A DNA stretch of 64,000 nt from an uncultured virus (IMG/VR IMGVR_UViG_3300025098_000027) (IMGVR_UViG_3300025098_000027); one strand, 5' to 3'; shown: positions 38,860-49,118, numbered from the stretch's first letter. Numbers and translations are program-made. The notes: generated by a model not told the origin, from the sequence alone.

Positions 38860-40266
38860 ATGGCAAACATATTCAATGGATTCTTAGATAATTTAGTTAA
38901 CGGCGCTCTTAGCCCCAAAGGGGATATGGCCGATTATACACACGCGGCAAGATTGTATACTGACGATAATTTTCGCCTTGCTCCTAAACAAAAATTTCTA
39001 TATCACGTAACACTTAACTTAAATGAAAATGTAGTAAACAAAGTATTACCTGGATGGGTTCAGCGTCATAGTAACGAAGTTAATATGTTAGTTAAAAGTG
39101 TTACTATGCCAAAGTTTGATATACAAACTGAAACTAAGAACAAATACAATCGTAAAAAGAATTTACAAACACGTATTGATTATGCTCCTGTAAATATTGT
39201 ATTCCACGATGACAACAATAGTATCGTTACTCAATTATGGACTGCATACTATAACTATTATTTTGCAGATGGTACATACGGAAGTAGAGACGGTGCAGGA
39301 GCACCTAACCAGTCAGCAAGACCTTATGATAGATTTAATACATATATGGGTTCTCCAAGAAACGGTGATCGTTTTGGTTTAGATAATAATCAATACGAGC
39401 CGTTTTTTACAAGTATTCAAATAAGTCAGATGGCAAGACATCAGTATCTAACATTAACATTAGTTAATCCAATAATCGAAAGTTGGCAGCACGATACGTT
39501 AGAAAATTCTGTTGGAGCTGATCCTGTACAAAATTCTATGTCTGTTGCATACGAAAGTGTATTTTATGCAGACGGTCCTATTGACGAAGGTAATTCACCT
39601 AAAGGATTTGGAACAGTACATTACGATAATACACCTAGTCCTATTGCAGCAGGTAGCTCGTCAAGTTTATTTGGAAGTGCTGGCATATTGGCAGGTGGAA
39701 CTAGTGTCTTAGGTGACATTGCAGGAGGAAAAGCAGACTTAGGTACATTACTTACAGCAGCTCGCACAGTTAAAAATGCAAAAGATCTTACTAAAGAAGG
39801 TATACGTAATGAAGCCTTTCAAGTTGCAGGACAAACTATTAGAACAGCAACAGGAACGAACGTAAGTGGTCTTGCAAATACTAGTTTTCCTAAGAGCGGA
39901 GGTACTGGAACGCAAACTACTGAAGCAATAGCAATTACTACTCAAAAACAAAATAAGTTATATCCGCCGGCTGAAGTAGTACAAACGTTAAACGATAATC
40001 CTCAGTTAAAAGAAACATTAGCTAAAAAATCATTGGCCATTGGCGCTATTAGTACAACAACTGAAACAACTGCGGACTTAACAACTTGGGACACACTTAA
40101 CACTACAGAAAAAAATTCATTATTAACTCAAGTTGACAGTGGCATTGAAAACGGCAATCAAAAAATAGTACAACTTGCAAATCAAATAGTAAATAACTTT
40201 AATGAAACTGGACAAGGGAATACTAGTACTGTTCCTGCACAGAAAAATCCTTTAGGAAATACATAA
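38860..40266 (+). CDS. Tail-tube-related baseplate protein (tube initiator-like)
   Basis: N-terminal half resembles the tube fold (VKSV.MPKF.I.TE..N.YNRK......I.Y.PV...FHDD); located directly after the tube gene. Confidence 0.5.
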   Translation: MANIFNGFLDNLVNGALSPKGDMADYTHAARLYTDDNFRLAPKQKFLYHVTLNLNENVVNKVLPGWVQRHSNEVNMLVKSVTMPKFDIQTETKNKYNRKKNLQTRIDYAPVNIVFHDDNNSIVTQLWTAYYNYYFADGTYGSRDGAGAPNQSARPYDRFNTYMGSPRNGDRFGLDNNQYEPFFTSIQISQMARHQYLTLTLVNPIIESWQHDTLENSVGADPVQNSMSVAYESVFYADGPIDEGNSPKGFGTVHYDNTPSPIAAGSSSSLFGSAGILAGGTSVLGDIAGGKADLGTLLTAARTVKNAKDLTKEGIRNEAFQVAGQTIRTATGTNVSGLANTSFPKSGGTGTQTTEAIAITTQKQNKLYPPAEVVQTLNDNPQLKETLAKKSLAIGAISTTTETTADLTTWDTLNTTEKNSLLTQVDSGIENGNQKIVQLANQIVNNFNETGQGNTSTVPAQKNPLGNT

Positions 40267-40634
40267 TGTCATCTAATTTACCAACTCAAGAATCAACCGA
40301 CAGCGGTGCTGAAGTAAAACAATTTTTTAACAAGTACCTTACTGATAGAATAGAATATCCTGCTTCAGAAGTTGACGCAGTAATTGGATATTTTGAAAAT
40401 AGAGGTTTTGAAAAATCAAGTGCTATTTCTGTATCAACTGCACTATTGCAACAGGCAAAGATTGATGATATAAATGTTTTTGAGCTAATTGATACACTCA
40501 AAGGATTAACTAATGTTCAATTAAGTGACATTGTTGCAAACGTATTAAATTATGACAGGGAGAAAATTAGTACTCTAGGGTTTAAAGTAGAATCAAAATA
40601 CGAAAAACTAGAACAGAGGAATATTTTATACTAG
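40266..40634 (+). CDS. Hypothetical protein
   Basis: 122-aa ORF coupled by TAATG. Confidence 0.6.
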   Translation: MSSNLPTQESTDSGAEVKQFFNKYLTDRIEYPASEVDAVIGYFENRGFEKSSAISVSTALLQQAKIDDINVFELIDTLKGLTNVQLSDIVANVLNYDREKISTLGFKVESKYEKLEQRNILY

Positions 40635-40640
40635 GATGAT

Positions 40641-41078
40641 ATGGGAAGATTCGCACAAGGAAAATATTCTCTTAAAAACCCTGACAAATTTGTAGGGACA
40701 AAAACTCCAACTTATCGCAGTAGTTGGGAGTTTACATTTATGAGATTCTGTGACGAACACCCAAGTGTTGCAAAATGGGCAAGTGAAGCAATTAAAATTC
40801 CTTATAGAAATCCGTTAACAGGTAAGCACACAGTATATGTACCAGACTTCTTTATTGCTTATGCTGATAAAAATGGTAAGCAACGTGTTGAGCTTATTGA
40901 AGTCAAACCTGAAAATCAAACAATAAAAGAAAAATTAGGTCGTAGTAGGCATAATCAAGCAGCTTGGATAGTTAATCAAGCTAAATGGGAAGCAGCAAGA
41001 GCCTATTGTAAACAAAAAGGTATCTTTTTTAGAATTGTAACAGAACAAGATATATTTCATAATGGCAAAAGACGCTAA
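40641..41078 (+). CDS. gp4: Head completion nuclease (T4 gp4-like, TnsA-type PD-(D/E)xK)
   Basis: YRSSWE..FM.FCD.HP.V..WASE...IPY...YVPDF...IEVKP...N.AKW.AA. Confidence 0.85.
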   Translation: MGRFAQGKYSLKNPDKFVGTKTPTYRSSWEFTFMRFCDEHPSVAKWASEAIKIPYRNPLTGKHTVYVPDFFIAYADKNGKQRVELIEVKPENQTIKEKLGRSRHNQAAWIVNQAKWEAARAYCKQKGIFFRIVTEQDIFHNGKRR

Positions 41079-41107
41079 ATAATAGTAGCAGTTAATGGAA
41101 AGTTAAA

Positions 41108-41608
41108 ATGACTAAAAAACTAGAAGATTTGCTTAATATGGATGATTCCAAAGAAATCATTAAACAAGCTGAACAACAAGAAAAAGAGCAAGCCAAACAC
41201 GAAATTGCTCACCAAGAAAGTTTTCGTGATATAGCAGAGTTTGATAAAATTGCTAGTGCATTACCTGCTGTCAAAGGTTTGGGCGATAAAGCAGACAGTG
41301 AACTAGAAGATATTGCACAACGTGCATTAACTGCTTATGAAGATCTAATGGATTTAGGAATGAATGTTGAATCACGTTATAGTGGTAGAGTTTTTGAAGT
41401 TGCCGGTGGGTTGCTCAAAACAAGTTTAGATGCTAAAACTGCAAAGTTAGATAAGAAACTAAAGATGATAGAGCTGCAACTTAAAAAACAAAAAATGGAT
41501 CAAGATAGTGGGCCTAGTGAAGACGGAATGATTTCCGGTGAAGGCTATGTTGTAACAGATCGCAACAGCCTACTAGAGAGGCTTAAAGGCCTCGATAAGG
41601 ATAAATAA
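41108..41608 (+). CDS. terS: Terminase small subunit (gp16-like)
   Basis: Helical protein with R.FEVA..LLK..LDA...L motif; lies upstream of terL; TAAATA at 41076. Confidence 0.55.
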   Translation: MTKKLEDLLNMDDSKEIIKQAEQQEKEQAKHEIAHQESFRDIAEFDKIASALPAVKGLGDKADSELEDIAQRALTAYEDLMDLGMNVESRYSGRVFEVAGGLLKTSLDAKTAKLDKKLKMIELQLKKQKMDQDSGPSEDGMISGEGYVVTDRNSLLERLKGLDKDK

Positions 41609-41629
41609 CATATAACGGGAATATGTAAA

Positions 41630-42142
41630 ATGATGACAAGGTTTCAAGAATTATTAAACGAGTCTAAAAAGACATACGAATTTAAAGTTGGTATTGCAGG
41701 ATCACTGCCAGACAACTGTGAAGAAAGTATTAAGAGTTGTTTAGAAAAATATAGTGTTGTAGAAATGAGCAAGGGCAAAAGAACCCCAGTTCAGGAAAGA
41801 CCTTTAGACTTTCCGCAATTAGAAAACACTGAAGTAACATATTTTGATGTTACTCTTAATTACGCAACAACTTCAGATGTATTGCAAGAATACATTGGTG
41901 ATTGCTGTAATGTTGATCAAGCATATATTATTGTACGTAAGCCTGGCGATATGCAAGAAAAATATCAAGAGATGCCAGAAGATACTACTTATGAAACAAA
42001 ATTAACAACAGAAGATATGGGCGGCGATAGCGCACAAGAAAGTGTAGGCGGTAACCGTGTTATGGATCTTTTGAAAGAGCTAGAAGTGGCTCGTAAAGAA
42101 CGTGAGCACGATCCAAGTGCAGCGGCACCGGAGGCAAACTAA
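41630..42142 (+). CDS. Hypothetical protein, possible head component
   Basis: 170 aa. N-terminal F.ELL.ES resembles prohead-processed proteins. TAAATA at 41602. Confidence 0.55.
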   Translation: MMTRFQELLNESKKTYEFKVGIAGSLPDNCEESIKSCLEKYSVVEMSKGKRTPVQERPLDFPQLENTEVTYFDVTLNYATTSDVLQEYIGDCCNVDQAYIIVRKPGDMQEKYQEMPEDTTYETKLTTEDMGGDSAQESVGGNRVMDLLKELEVARKEREHDPSAAAPEAN

Positions 42143-42143
42143 A

Positions 42144-42881
42144 ATGAATATGAAAAAACTACTAGAATCAATGGACAACATTGAATTAGAAGGTGGAATG
42201 CCAATGGTACCACCAATGGCACCACAGCCACAAGAAGACAAAGGTAATCCAGTAACAATGAATGTATCAATGAATGCAAGCGGCAAAGATAATGTTGCAG
42301 ACTTAATTGATATGATGAAAAATGCAGGGCTAAAAGATGCAGAGCCAGTTGGCCCAGCAATGATGCCAATGCGCAGAGATATGGAAAGACTACGTGATAT
42401 TGTAGACGAACCAAAAGATATGGATGATTTAAAGCCAGGTATGCAAGACGAACCGTGTGACGATTGCGGCAAGCAACACGTTGGCGCAAGTAGTTGTATG
42501 GACGATGTCGAAGCAGACGACGAAGCAGTTGCAGAATACGATAACGAGCCAGAAGAAGAATACAAGTCAATCGACGATGTAATTAATTCAGGAGATGATC
42601 TACATAGAACTAAAAAAGCATACCCTGCTGCACAAGACGGCGATAATGCAATGGCTGTAGAAGATGAAGAAGATACACTAGAGCAAAGCATTAGAGACGA
42701 ATTGTATGCAAAAATTCAAGAAAAGATGGCTTCAGAAGGACGTGGTCGCGGTAAGCTAATGGCTGGACGCGGACGTGGTAAAAAGCCAAAAGAAGGCACT
42801 GAGCACGATATGGAAAAATGCCCAGAATGCGGTAAGAAAAAACAAAAGTTAATGGCTTGCGGTAGTTGCGGCTGTAGTTAA
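42144..42881 (+). CDS. Acidic, Met-rich low-complexity protein with RG repeats and C-terminal Cys cluster
   Basis: ATG at 42144 after GGAGG. MKKLLES start, GRGRG twice, CPECG...CGSCGCS. Confidence 0.6.
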   Translation: MNMKKLLESMDNIELEGGMPMVPPMAPQPQEDKGNPVTMNVSMNASGKDNVADLIDMMKNAGLKDAEPVGPAMMPMRRDMERLRDIVDEPKDMDDLKPGMQDEPCDDCGKQHVGASSCMDDVEADDEAVAEYDNEPEEEYKSIDDVINSGDDLHRTKKAYPAAQDGDNAMAVEDEEDTLEQSIRDELYAKIQEKMASEGRGRGKLMAGRGRGKKPKEGTEHDMEKCPECGKKKQKLMACGSCGCS

Positions 42882-42903
42882 TAACTATCGTAACAATTAA
42901 TTC

Positions 42904-42930
42904 AATAGCACCTCCGGGTGCTATTTTTTT
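42904..42930 (+). terminator. Rho-independent terminator
   Basis: AATAGCACC-TCCG-GGTGCTATT followed by a T run. Confidence 0.8.
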
Positions 42931-42944
42931 GATTAAATAGTCGT

Positions 42945-43286
42945 ATGTCAGTAGATTGGTTTAATTATTTTCAACACATCAAACCAGTATGTCCTTGGAG
43001 TGGGGCAGCCTGGAAAAAGGGCGAAATAAAAGTAAAATACTGGGACGGCACAACGGAAGAACTAGGTAAGAACCAAGCTATTATATATATTTGTAAAGGA
43101 TATAATCGCAGACGACTAAAGAAACTTTGTAAAAAATTAGATGTAAGTTTAGAATACGAATGGTTATGGAGTGAACCTACACACGGTGATTATGCTTCTC
43201 CAGTTCCTATATTAATACAACAAGATAGACGTAAGTTGTTTGACTTAAGGTTCGATACTGGGTTTTATGACGATATGATTGGTTAA
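42945..43286 (+). CDS. Hypothetical protein
   Basis: 113-aa ORF with TAAATA 5 nt before the ATG. Confidence 0.6.
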   Translation: MSVDWFNYFQHIKPVCPWSGAAWKKGEIKVKYWDGTTEELGKNQAIIYICKGYNRRRLKKLCKKLDVSLEYEWLWSEPTHGDYASPVPILIQQDRRKLFDLRFDTGFYDDMIG

Positions 43287-43294
43287 ATACTATT

Positions 43295-44875
43295 ATGGCA
43301 GCATCATTAGACGGCGTCTTAATTAAAAAGGCGAATAAACAAGAAACATTTACTGAATCGCAAATTGACGATATTGCACAGTGTATGGATCCTGATCTTG
43401 GATATTTACACTTCGCAAAACATTTTGCATTTATTCAACATCCAGTAAAAGGAAAACTTTTATTTGATCCGTACGAGTATCAATTACGTTTAATGGACAG
43501 CTATCATAGCTATCGTTTTAATATTAATATGATGCCTAGACAAACAGGTAAAACTACGTGTGCTAGTATATACCTTGCTTGGTATGCAATGTTTAACCCA
43601 GATCAAACTATTCTTGTTGCTGCACACAAGTATACAGGCGCACAAGAAATTATGTCACGTATACGATATGTGTATGAAACTTGCCCTGATCATATTAGAG
43701 CAGGAGTTACATCATACAACAAACAATCAATTGAATTTGAAAATGGTTCACGTATTGTAGCACAAACAACAACAGGCAACACAGGACGTGGTATGAGTAT
43801 ATCATTACTATACTGTGACGAGTTTGCATTTGTGCAACCTAACATCGCAGAAGAGTTTTGGACATCAATATCACCTACACTAGCAACAGGTGGACGAGCT
43901 ATTATTACATCAACGCCCAATAGTGACGAAGACACATTTGCTATGATTTGGAAACAAGCAGAGAACAAATTTGATGCACACGGCAACGAAAGTGATGTTG
44001 GCGAAAATGGCTTCCATAGTTTTGTTGCAGAATGGAACGAACATCCTGACAGAGACGACGAATGGAAAGCAGCAGAAATTGGACGCATTGGCGAAGAAAA
44101 GTTTAGACGTGAATATGGTTGTGAATTCTTAGTATTTGATGAAACATTAATTAATTCAATTAAACTTGCAGCTATGGATGGAGCAAGTCCTATATTAAAT
44201 ATGGGTCAAACACGTTGGTATAAAAAACCAACTGCGCAGTATACATATTGCATTGCACTTGATCCTAGTATGGGCACTGGTGGTGACAACGCTGCAATTC
44301 AAGTTTATGAATTACCTAGTTACGAACAAGTAGCAGAATGGCAACACAATCAAACTGCTATACCAGGACAAATAAGAGTACTTGCTGACATATGCAAATA
44401 TATAGAAACAGAAACTAAAAACCCGCAAGGAATTTACTGGAGTGTGGAGAACAATGGACTAGGTGAGGCTGCCCTTATCGTTATAAACGACTTCGGTGAA
44501 GAGAACATTCCGGGTTTGTTCGTCAGTGAGCCTATCCGCAAAGGACACGTTCGTAAATTCCGCAAGGGCTTTAATACTACACACGGTACAAAGGTTACGG
44601 CGTGTAGTAGACTAAAAACTATGGTTGAAAACGATAAAATGATTATTCGTTCAAAGCCATTAATTGGTGAACTAAAGAGTTTTATTGCAACTGGGTCTAG
44701 TTATACTGCAAAGTCAGGAGCACACGATGATTTAATTAGTGCCACATTACTTGCACTAAGAATGATGGAAGTATTAAAAGACTGGGATCCCAGAGTATAT
44801 AATACCTTTAATCAAACCGAAGAGTTTGAAGATTACGAGGCTCCAATGCCTATCTTCATTAGCAGCAACTATTGA
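43295..44875 (+). CDS. terL: Terminase large subunit (gp17-like)
   Basis: Walker A MPRQTGKT, Walker B LLYCDEFAF, STP motif, RNase H-like IALDPS and HDD; no intein. Confidence 0.93.
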   Translation: MAASLDGVLIKKANKQETFTESQIDDIAQCMDPDLGYLHFAKHFAFIQHPVKGKLLFDPYEYQLRLMDSYHSYRFNINMMPRQTGKTTCASIYLAWYAMFNPDQTILVAAHKYTGAQEIMSRIRYVYETCPDHIRAGVTSYNKQSIEFENGSRIVAQTTTGNTGRGMSISLLYCDEFAFVQPNIAEEFWTSISPTLATGGRAIITSTPNSDEDTFAMIWKQAENKFDAHGNESDVGENGFHSFVAEWNEHPDRDDEWKAAEIGRIGEEKFRREYGCEFLVFDETLINSIKLAAMDGASPILNMGQTRWYKKPTAQYTYCIALDPSMGTGGDNAAIQVYELPSYEQVAEWQHNQTAIPGQIRVLADICKYIETETKNPQGIYWSVENNGLGEAALIVINDFGEENIPGLFVSEPIRKGHVRKFRKGFNTTHGTKVTACSRLKTMVENDKMIIRSKPLIGELKSFIATGSSYTAKSGAHDDLISATLLALRMMEVLKDWDPRVYNTFNQTEEFEDYEAPMPIFISSNY

Positions 44876-44886
44876 TAAATACATTT

Positions 44887-46839
44887 ATGCAGAATTTAGA
44901 CTTAATAGCAAACGAATTGTTCAATAAAATAAGAGGTCGCTTTCCAAGTGTAACTATTGGCGATGCCGAAGGGAATGTAACTAACGAACCAAAACAAGCT
45001 CGTTATTTTGATTTTGATTTTATGAATGAAGGTCGACCAGTTGGAAAGATAAGTATTAGTCTAGATGATAAAAATGTAGCAGTTGTATATGGCGAAAGTT
45101 TGGTATCTAACGAAACCGAGTTAACAAAAAACAATTGGTATGATTTTTTAAAAGAATTAAGAATGTTTGCAAGAAAAAGAGCACTAACATTCGACACAAG
45201 AGATATTACTAAATCGAATTTAAATAGTAGAGACTACAAATTTTTAGCGAAAAACCGTGACGGGGATGGAACAATGACAGAATCTAAAATGTATGGCACA
45301 TCAAAAATAAGTTATCAAGACTTTGATGGAGCACGTTTAATGATTAAACACACCGAAGGTATTGATCAAGAAGCAGCCGGTGGCAGAGCAAAGAAAGTTG
45401 GTTCTTTGTATATTGAAAGTGCAGAAGGTGAAAGATTTAAATATCCATATAAGCACATAACTGGTGCAAGAGCAATGGCTAGACACGTTGCAGAAGGCGG
45501 TAATGCTTATGATGATTTTGGTAAGCATATTGTAAGTATGTCAGAAGAAATGAACAAACTACGTAAGTTTAAATCTTATATGGGTCGTTCAGCAGTAATG
45601 GCAGAAAGCCTAGCAGATTATGTAGATGTAGTTAAAGAACGTATTGTCACAGTTAAGAAAACACTAGAGTCATTACAACGCCCGGCATACTATAAAGAAA
45701 CATTTGAAGCATTTGCTCCAGCAGTAATGGAAGATGTCCCAACTGACGTTGCTGAAAATTGGATTGATCAATTAACTATTAGACAGTTTAACGAAGAATT
45801 ATCAGATGTATTCCCGTACATTTATAAGTTAGTAAGTGAAGCAAATAAGGCTGAAGAATTAACTGCTGAAGATTTAATGGCAGAGGTTGCAGGACCAGAC
45901 AAGTGCTGGCCAGGACACAGAAAAGTTGGTACACAAAAAGGTACTGGCAAGAACAAAGGTAAGCGTGTAAACAAGTGTAAGAAGATTGAGTCAGAAGAAG
46001 AAGTAGAAGAAGGTCCATTTAAAGGTATCGGTAAAATGGCGATGAAGAGAAAGCTCGATAAACAATATAAAAAATCAGACCTTGCAAATTTTGACAATTC
46101 AGGAATAGACACAAGCGGAAAAACGCCTGATGAGATTAGGCAAATGAAGTCAGATTATTATCACGACCATATGGACAAGGCAGATAAAGCAAAAAAAGCC
46201 AAAGACCGGTTATCAAGAGAAGAAATGGAAATTGAATCAGCGTTTGAAGAAATGATGGGTCAGTTTGCTGAAGGCGAAACCAACGAAGCACAAGAAGGCC
46301 AAGTAGGAACTATGGCATTGTTTGTTACAGATCAAGATGGCGGTGAACACGAAGTAGAAGTTGAAGTTGAAATTAAAAACGGTAAGCCAGAGATAAATCC
46401 TAATTCATTACCTGGCCCAGAAGACCAACTATATTGGGATGACGCCGACATTCAACAACAGGCTGATGACGCATTCCGAGACGGTGACATCGAGTTTGAC
46501 GAAGGCAATGCATATGCACACGCTGTAAAGAAAGCCAAAATGAATGGCAAGAAAAAAGGCGACAAAGTAGACGGTCCAGACGGTGATGAGATTACACTTG
46601 AAAAGGACGAAAAGACACCATTAGGAGAGTTTATACTTTCTTATTACGATAAAGAAGCAGGCGAATTTCCAAAGGGAGAAACAGCAATACTTACTATGGT
46701 AGAAAAAGACTACGGTAACGAATTTATAGAACCTGCAAAACAGTTTATTACTAAAGTATACCAAGTAACAGAAGAATACAGAGAGCCTGAAACATCACCT
46801 GAATTCGAAAGAATGAGAGAACTAGCAGGCTTAAGATAA
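44887..46839 (+). CDS. Large acidic hypothetical protein, possible internal head protein
   Basis: Likely ATG at 44887 (TAAATA-N5-ATG). Modular acidic/basic segments; ends MRELAGLR. Confidence 0.6.
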   Translation: MQNLDLIANELFNKIRGRFPSVTIGDAEGNVTNEPKQARYFDFDFMNEGRPVGKISISLDDKNVAVVYGESLVSNETELTKNNWYDFLKELRMFARKRALTFDTRDITKSNLNSRDYKFLAKNRDGDGTMTESKMYGTSKISYQDFDGARLMIKHTEGIDQEAAGGRAKKVGSLYIESAEGERFKYPYKHITGARAMARHVAEGGNAYDDFGKHIVSMSEEMNKLRKFKSYMGRSAVMAESLADYVDVVKERIVTVKKTLESLQRPAYYKETFEAFAPAVMEDVPTDVAENWIDQLTIRQFNEELSDVFPYIYKLVSEANKAEELTAEDLMAEVAGPDKCWPGHRKVGTQKGTGKNKGKRVNKCKKIESEEEVEEGPFKGIGKMAMKRKLDKQYKKSDLANFDNSGIDTSGKTPDEIRQMKSDYYHDHMDKADKAKKAKDRLSREEMEIESAFEEMMGQFAEGETNEAQEGQVGTMALFVTDQDGGEHEVEVEVEIKNGKPEINPNSLPGPEDQLYWDDADIQQQADDAFRDGDIEFDEGNAYAHAVKKAKMNGKKKGDKVDGPDGDEITLEKDEKTPLGEFILSYYDKEAGEFPKGETAILTMVEKDYGNEFIEPAKQFITKVYQVTEEYREPETSPEFERMRELAGLR

Positions 46840-46893
46840 ATAGAATTGGATGAATAATCCAAAAAGTTTTTTAAGTTTTTCTTTAAAAAAGAC

Positions 46894-46922
46894 TTGACAT
46901 TGTTTGTAGAATAGCATATAAT
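46894..46922 (+). promoter_or_regulatory. Perfect-consensus sigma70 promoter
   Basis: TTGACA-17bp-TATAAT with an A/T-rich upstream tract, ahead of gp32. Confidence 0.85.
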
Positions 46923-47002
46923 AACAACTGTGCTACAGACAAATAGGCACTAGTAGCAATGTAGCTACTGCACATAGGCATAACATTTAGGAGGCATTAA
47001 CT

Positions 47003-47977
47003 ATGGCATCATTAGCAGAAATCCGAGCAAAGCTCAAAGCACAAGAAGCAGGCGCTTCAGGAAACCGTCAGTCAGGCGGTGATAACAGCATTTACCCATT
47101 TTGGAATATTAAAGAAGGCGAGTCGGCAACGATGCGTTTCTTACCAGACGGTAATGCAGATAACACATTCTTTTGGAAAGAAAGACTTGTTATCAAACTA
47201 CCATTTGCAGGCGTAAAAGGTGAAACTGATTCACGCCCTGTACAAGTACAAGTACCGTGTATGGAAATGTACGGCGAAACTTGTAACATTCTTAACGAAG
47301 TACGTGGATGGTTTAAAGACCCAAGTCTAGAAGATATGGGTCGTAAGTATTGGAAGAAACGTTCTTACATCTTCCAAGGGTTTGTAACTGATAACCCACT
47401 ATCGGACGATACTACACCTGAGAATCCAATTCGTAGGTTTATTATTGGACCACAAATCTTCCAGATCATTAAGCAGGCGCTTATGGACCCAGATATGGAA
47501 GAACTGCCAACAGATTATACTGCTGGTGTAGACTTCCGTCTAAACAAAACTTCAAAAGGCGGTTATGCAGACTATTCAACATCTAATTGGGCACGTAGAG
47601 ATCGTCCACTAGGTGATGCAGAAATGGCTGCTGTCGATACACACGGCTTGTTTAATCTAAATGACTTCCTACCTAAAAAGCCAGGTGAAGTAGAACTAAA
47701 AGTAATGCAAGAAATGTTTGAAGCATCAGTAGATGGCGAAGCGTTTGATATGGATCGTTGGGGACAGTACTTCCGTCCTGCAGGATTCGCACAACGCACA
47801 GGCGATCCACAAAAAGCGGCAAGCCCACAAGCAACTGCTGTAAGCCAAAGTGCTCCAGTAGAAACTGCTACAGCGGCAGCACCAGAAGCAACTCCAGCAC
47901 CAGCGGCTGAAGCGGCTCCTGCAGAAGGTGGCAACGCCCAAGACATTCTAGCAATGATTAGATCACGTCAAGGTTAA
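47003..47977 (+). CDS. gp32: Single-stranded DNA-binding protein (T4 gp32-like)
   Basis: RFLP.G....FFW...C....G..C...KKRSY...GP.IF...G.DF.L.K...GGYADYS.S.W; AGGAGG RBS; precedes uvsX. Confidence 0.85.
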   Translation: MASLAEIRAKLKAQEAGASGNRQSGGDNSIYPFWNIKEGESATMRFLPDGNADNTFFWKERLVIKLPFAGVKGETDSRPVQVQVPCMEMYGETCNILNEVRGWFKDPSLEDMGRKYWKKRSYIFQGFVTDNPLSDDTTPENPIRRFIIGPQIFQIIKQALMDPDMEELPTDYTAGVDFRLNKTSKGGYADYSTSNWARRDRPLGDAEMAAVDTHGLFNLNDFLPKKPGEVELKVMQEMFEASVDGEAFDMDRWGQYFRPAGFAQRTGDPQKAASPQATAVSQSAPVETATAAAPEATPAPAAEAAPAEGGNAQDILAMIRSRQG

Positions 47978-47986
47978 TAAGACTAT

Positions 47987-48016
47987 TATGGGGGAGAAAT
48001 CCCCCATACGCTTTTT
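47987..48016 (+). terminator. GNRA-loop hairpin, terminator or processing signal between gp32 and uvsX
   Basis: TATGGGGGA-GAAA-TCCCCCATA followed by CGCTTTTT. Confidence 0.6.
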
Positions 48017-48029
48017 ATAGGAGAAAAAT

Positions 48030-49118
48030 ATGGCGAACAAATCGTTTGATCCGACAAAGTTTCGGAATTCATTAACAAAATCTATTTCAGGTATGAGTGC
48101 AGGATTTAACGATCCTACAGACTGGATTAGTACGGGTAACTATGCACTTAATTACCTTATCTCAGGAGACTTTAACAAAGGTGTTCCTATGGGTAAGGTT
48201 ACTGTGTTTGCAGGAGAGTCTGGCGCAGGCAAATCGTATATATGTGCAGGTAACATTGTAAAGGCAGCACAAGATCAAGGTATCTTTGTAGTTCTTATTG
48301 ACTCAGAGAATGCACTTGATGAATCGTGGTTACACGCATTGGATGTAGATACATCAGAAGAAAAACTACTTAAACTTAATATGTCAATGATTGACGATGT
48401 TGCTAAAACTATTAGTTCATTTATGACAGATTACAAAGCAATGGATGAAGAAGAACGTCCTAAGGTGTTATTTGTTATTGATAGTTTAGGTATGTTACTA
48501 ACACCTACAGACGTTGATCAGTTTAACAAAGGTGATATGAAAGGTGATATGGGTCGTAAGCCTAAGGCATTGACTTCACTTGTTCGTAACACAGTTAATA
48601 TGATTGGTAGTCACAACGTAGGTTTAGTATGTACTAATCACACTTATGCATCACAGGATATGTTTGATCCAGATGATAAGATCAGTGGTGGACAAGGTTT
48701 CATTTATGCATCAAGTATTGTTGTAGCAATGAAGAAACTAAAACTAAAAGAAGACGAAGATGGTAACAAGATCAGTCAAGTTATGGGTATCCGTGCTGGC
48801 TGTAAAGTTATGAAGACTCGTTATGCTAAACCGTTTGAAGGCGTACAGGTAAAGATTCCATACGAAACTGGTATGAATCCATATAGTGGTTTGCTTGAAT
48901 TATTTGAAGCAAAAGGCATTATTAACAAGCAAGGTAATAGGCTTGCATACACTACACTTGATGGTGAAGAAATTCTTGATTATCGTAAAAAATGGATAGG
49001 AGAGAATCTTGACAAGGTTATGTCAGATTATCTAGTAAAACAATCAGAAGTGGTAAATACCGATGATGAGGCTACTGATGAGGTAGAACTAGAAGACTTA
49101 CAACCAATCGAGGAGTAG
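48030..49118 (+). CDS. uvsX: RecA-like recombinase UvsX
   Basis: ISTG.YALN..ISG, Walker A GESGAGKS, IDSE.A, IDSLGML, NHTY, SGG.GF.YASS. Confidence 0.92.
   Translation: MANKSFDPTKFRNSLTKSISGMSAGFNDPTDWISTGNYALNYLISGDFNKGVPMGKVTVFAGESGAGKSYICAGNIVKAAQDQGIFVVLIDSENALDESWLHALDVDTSEEKLLKLNMSMIDDVAKTISSFMTDYKAMDEEERPKVLFVIDSLGMLLTPTDVDQFNKGDMKGDMGRKPKALTSLVRNTVNMIGSHNVGLVCTNHTYASQDMFDPDDKISGGQGFIYASSIVVAMKKLKLKEDEDGNKISQVMGIRAGCKVMKTRYAKPFEGVQVKIPYETGMNPYSGLLELFEAKGIINKQGNRLAYTTLDGEEILDYRKKWIGENLDKVMSDYLVKQSEVVNTDDEATDEVELEDLQPIEE

Noticed and set aside
42080..42691. 203-aa and 143-aa minus-strand ORFs
   Set aside because: They are antisense to a plus-strand gene that has a GGAGG RBS and a terminator; their composition is a mirror artefact.
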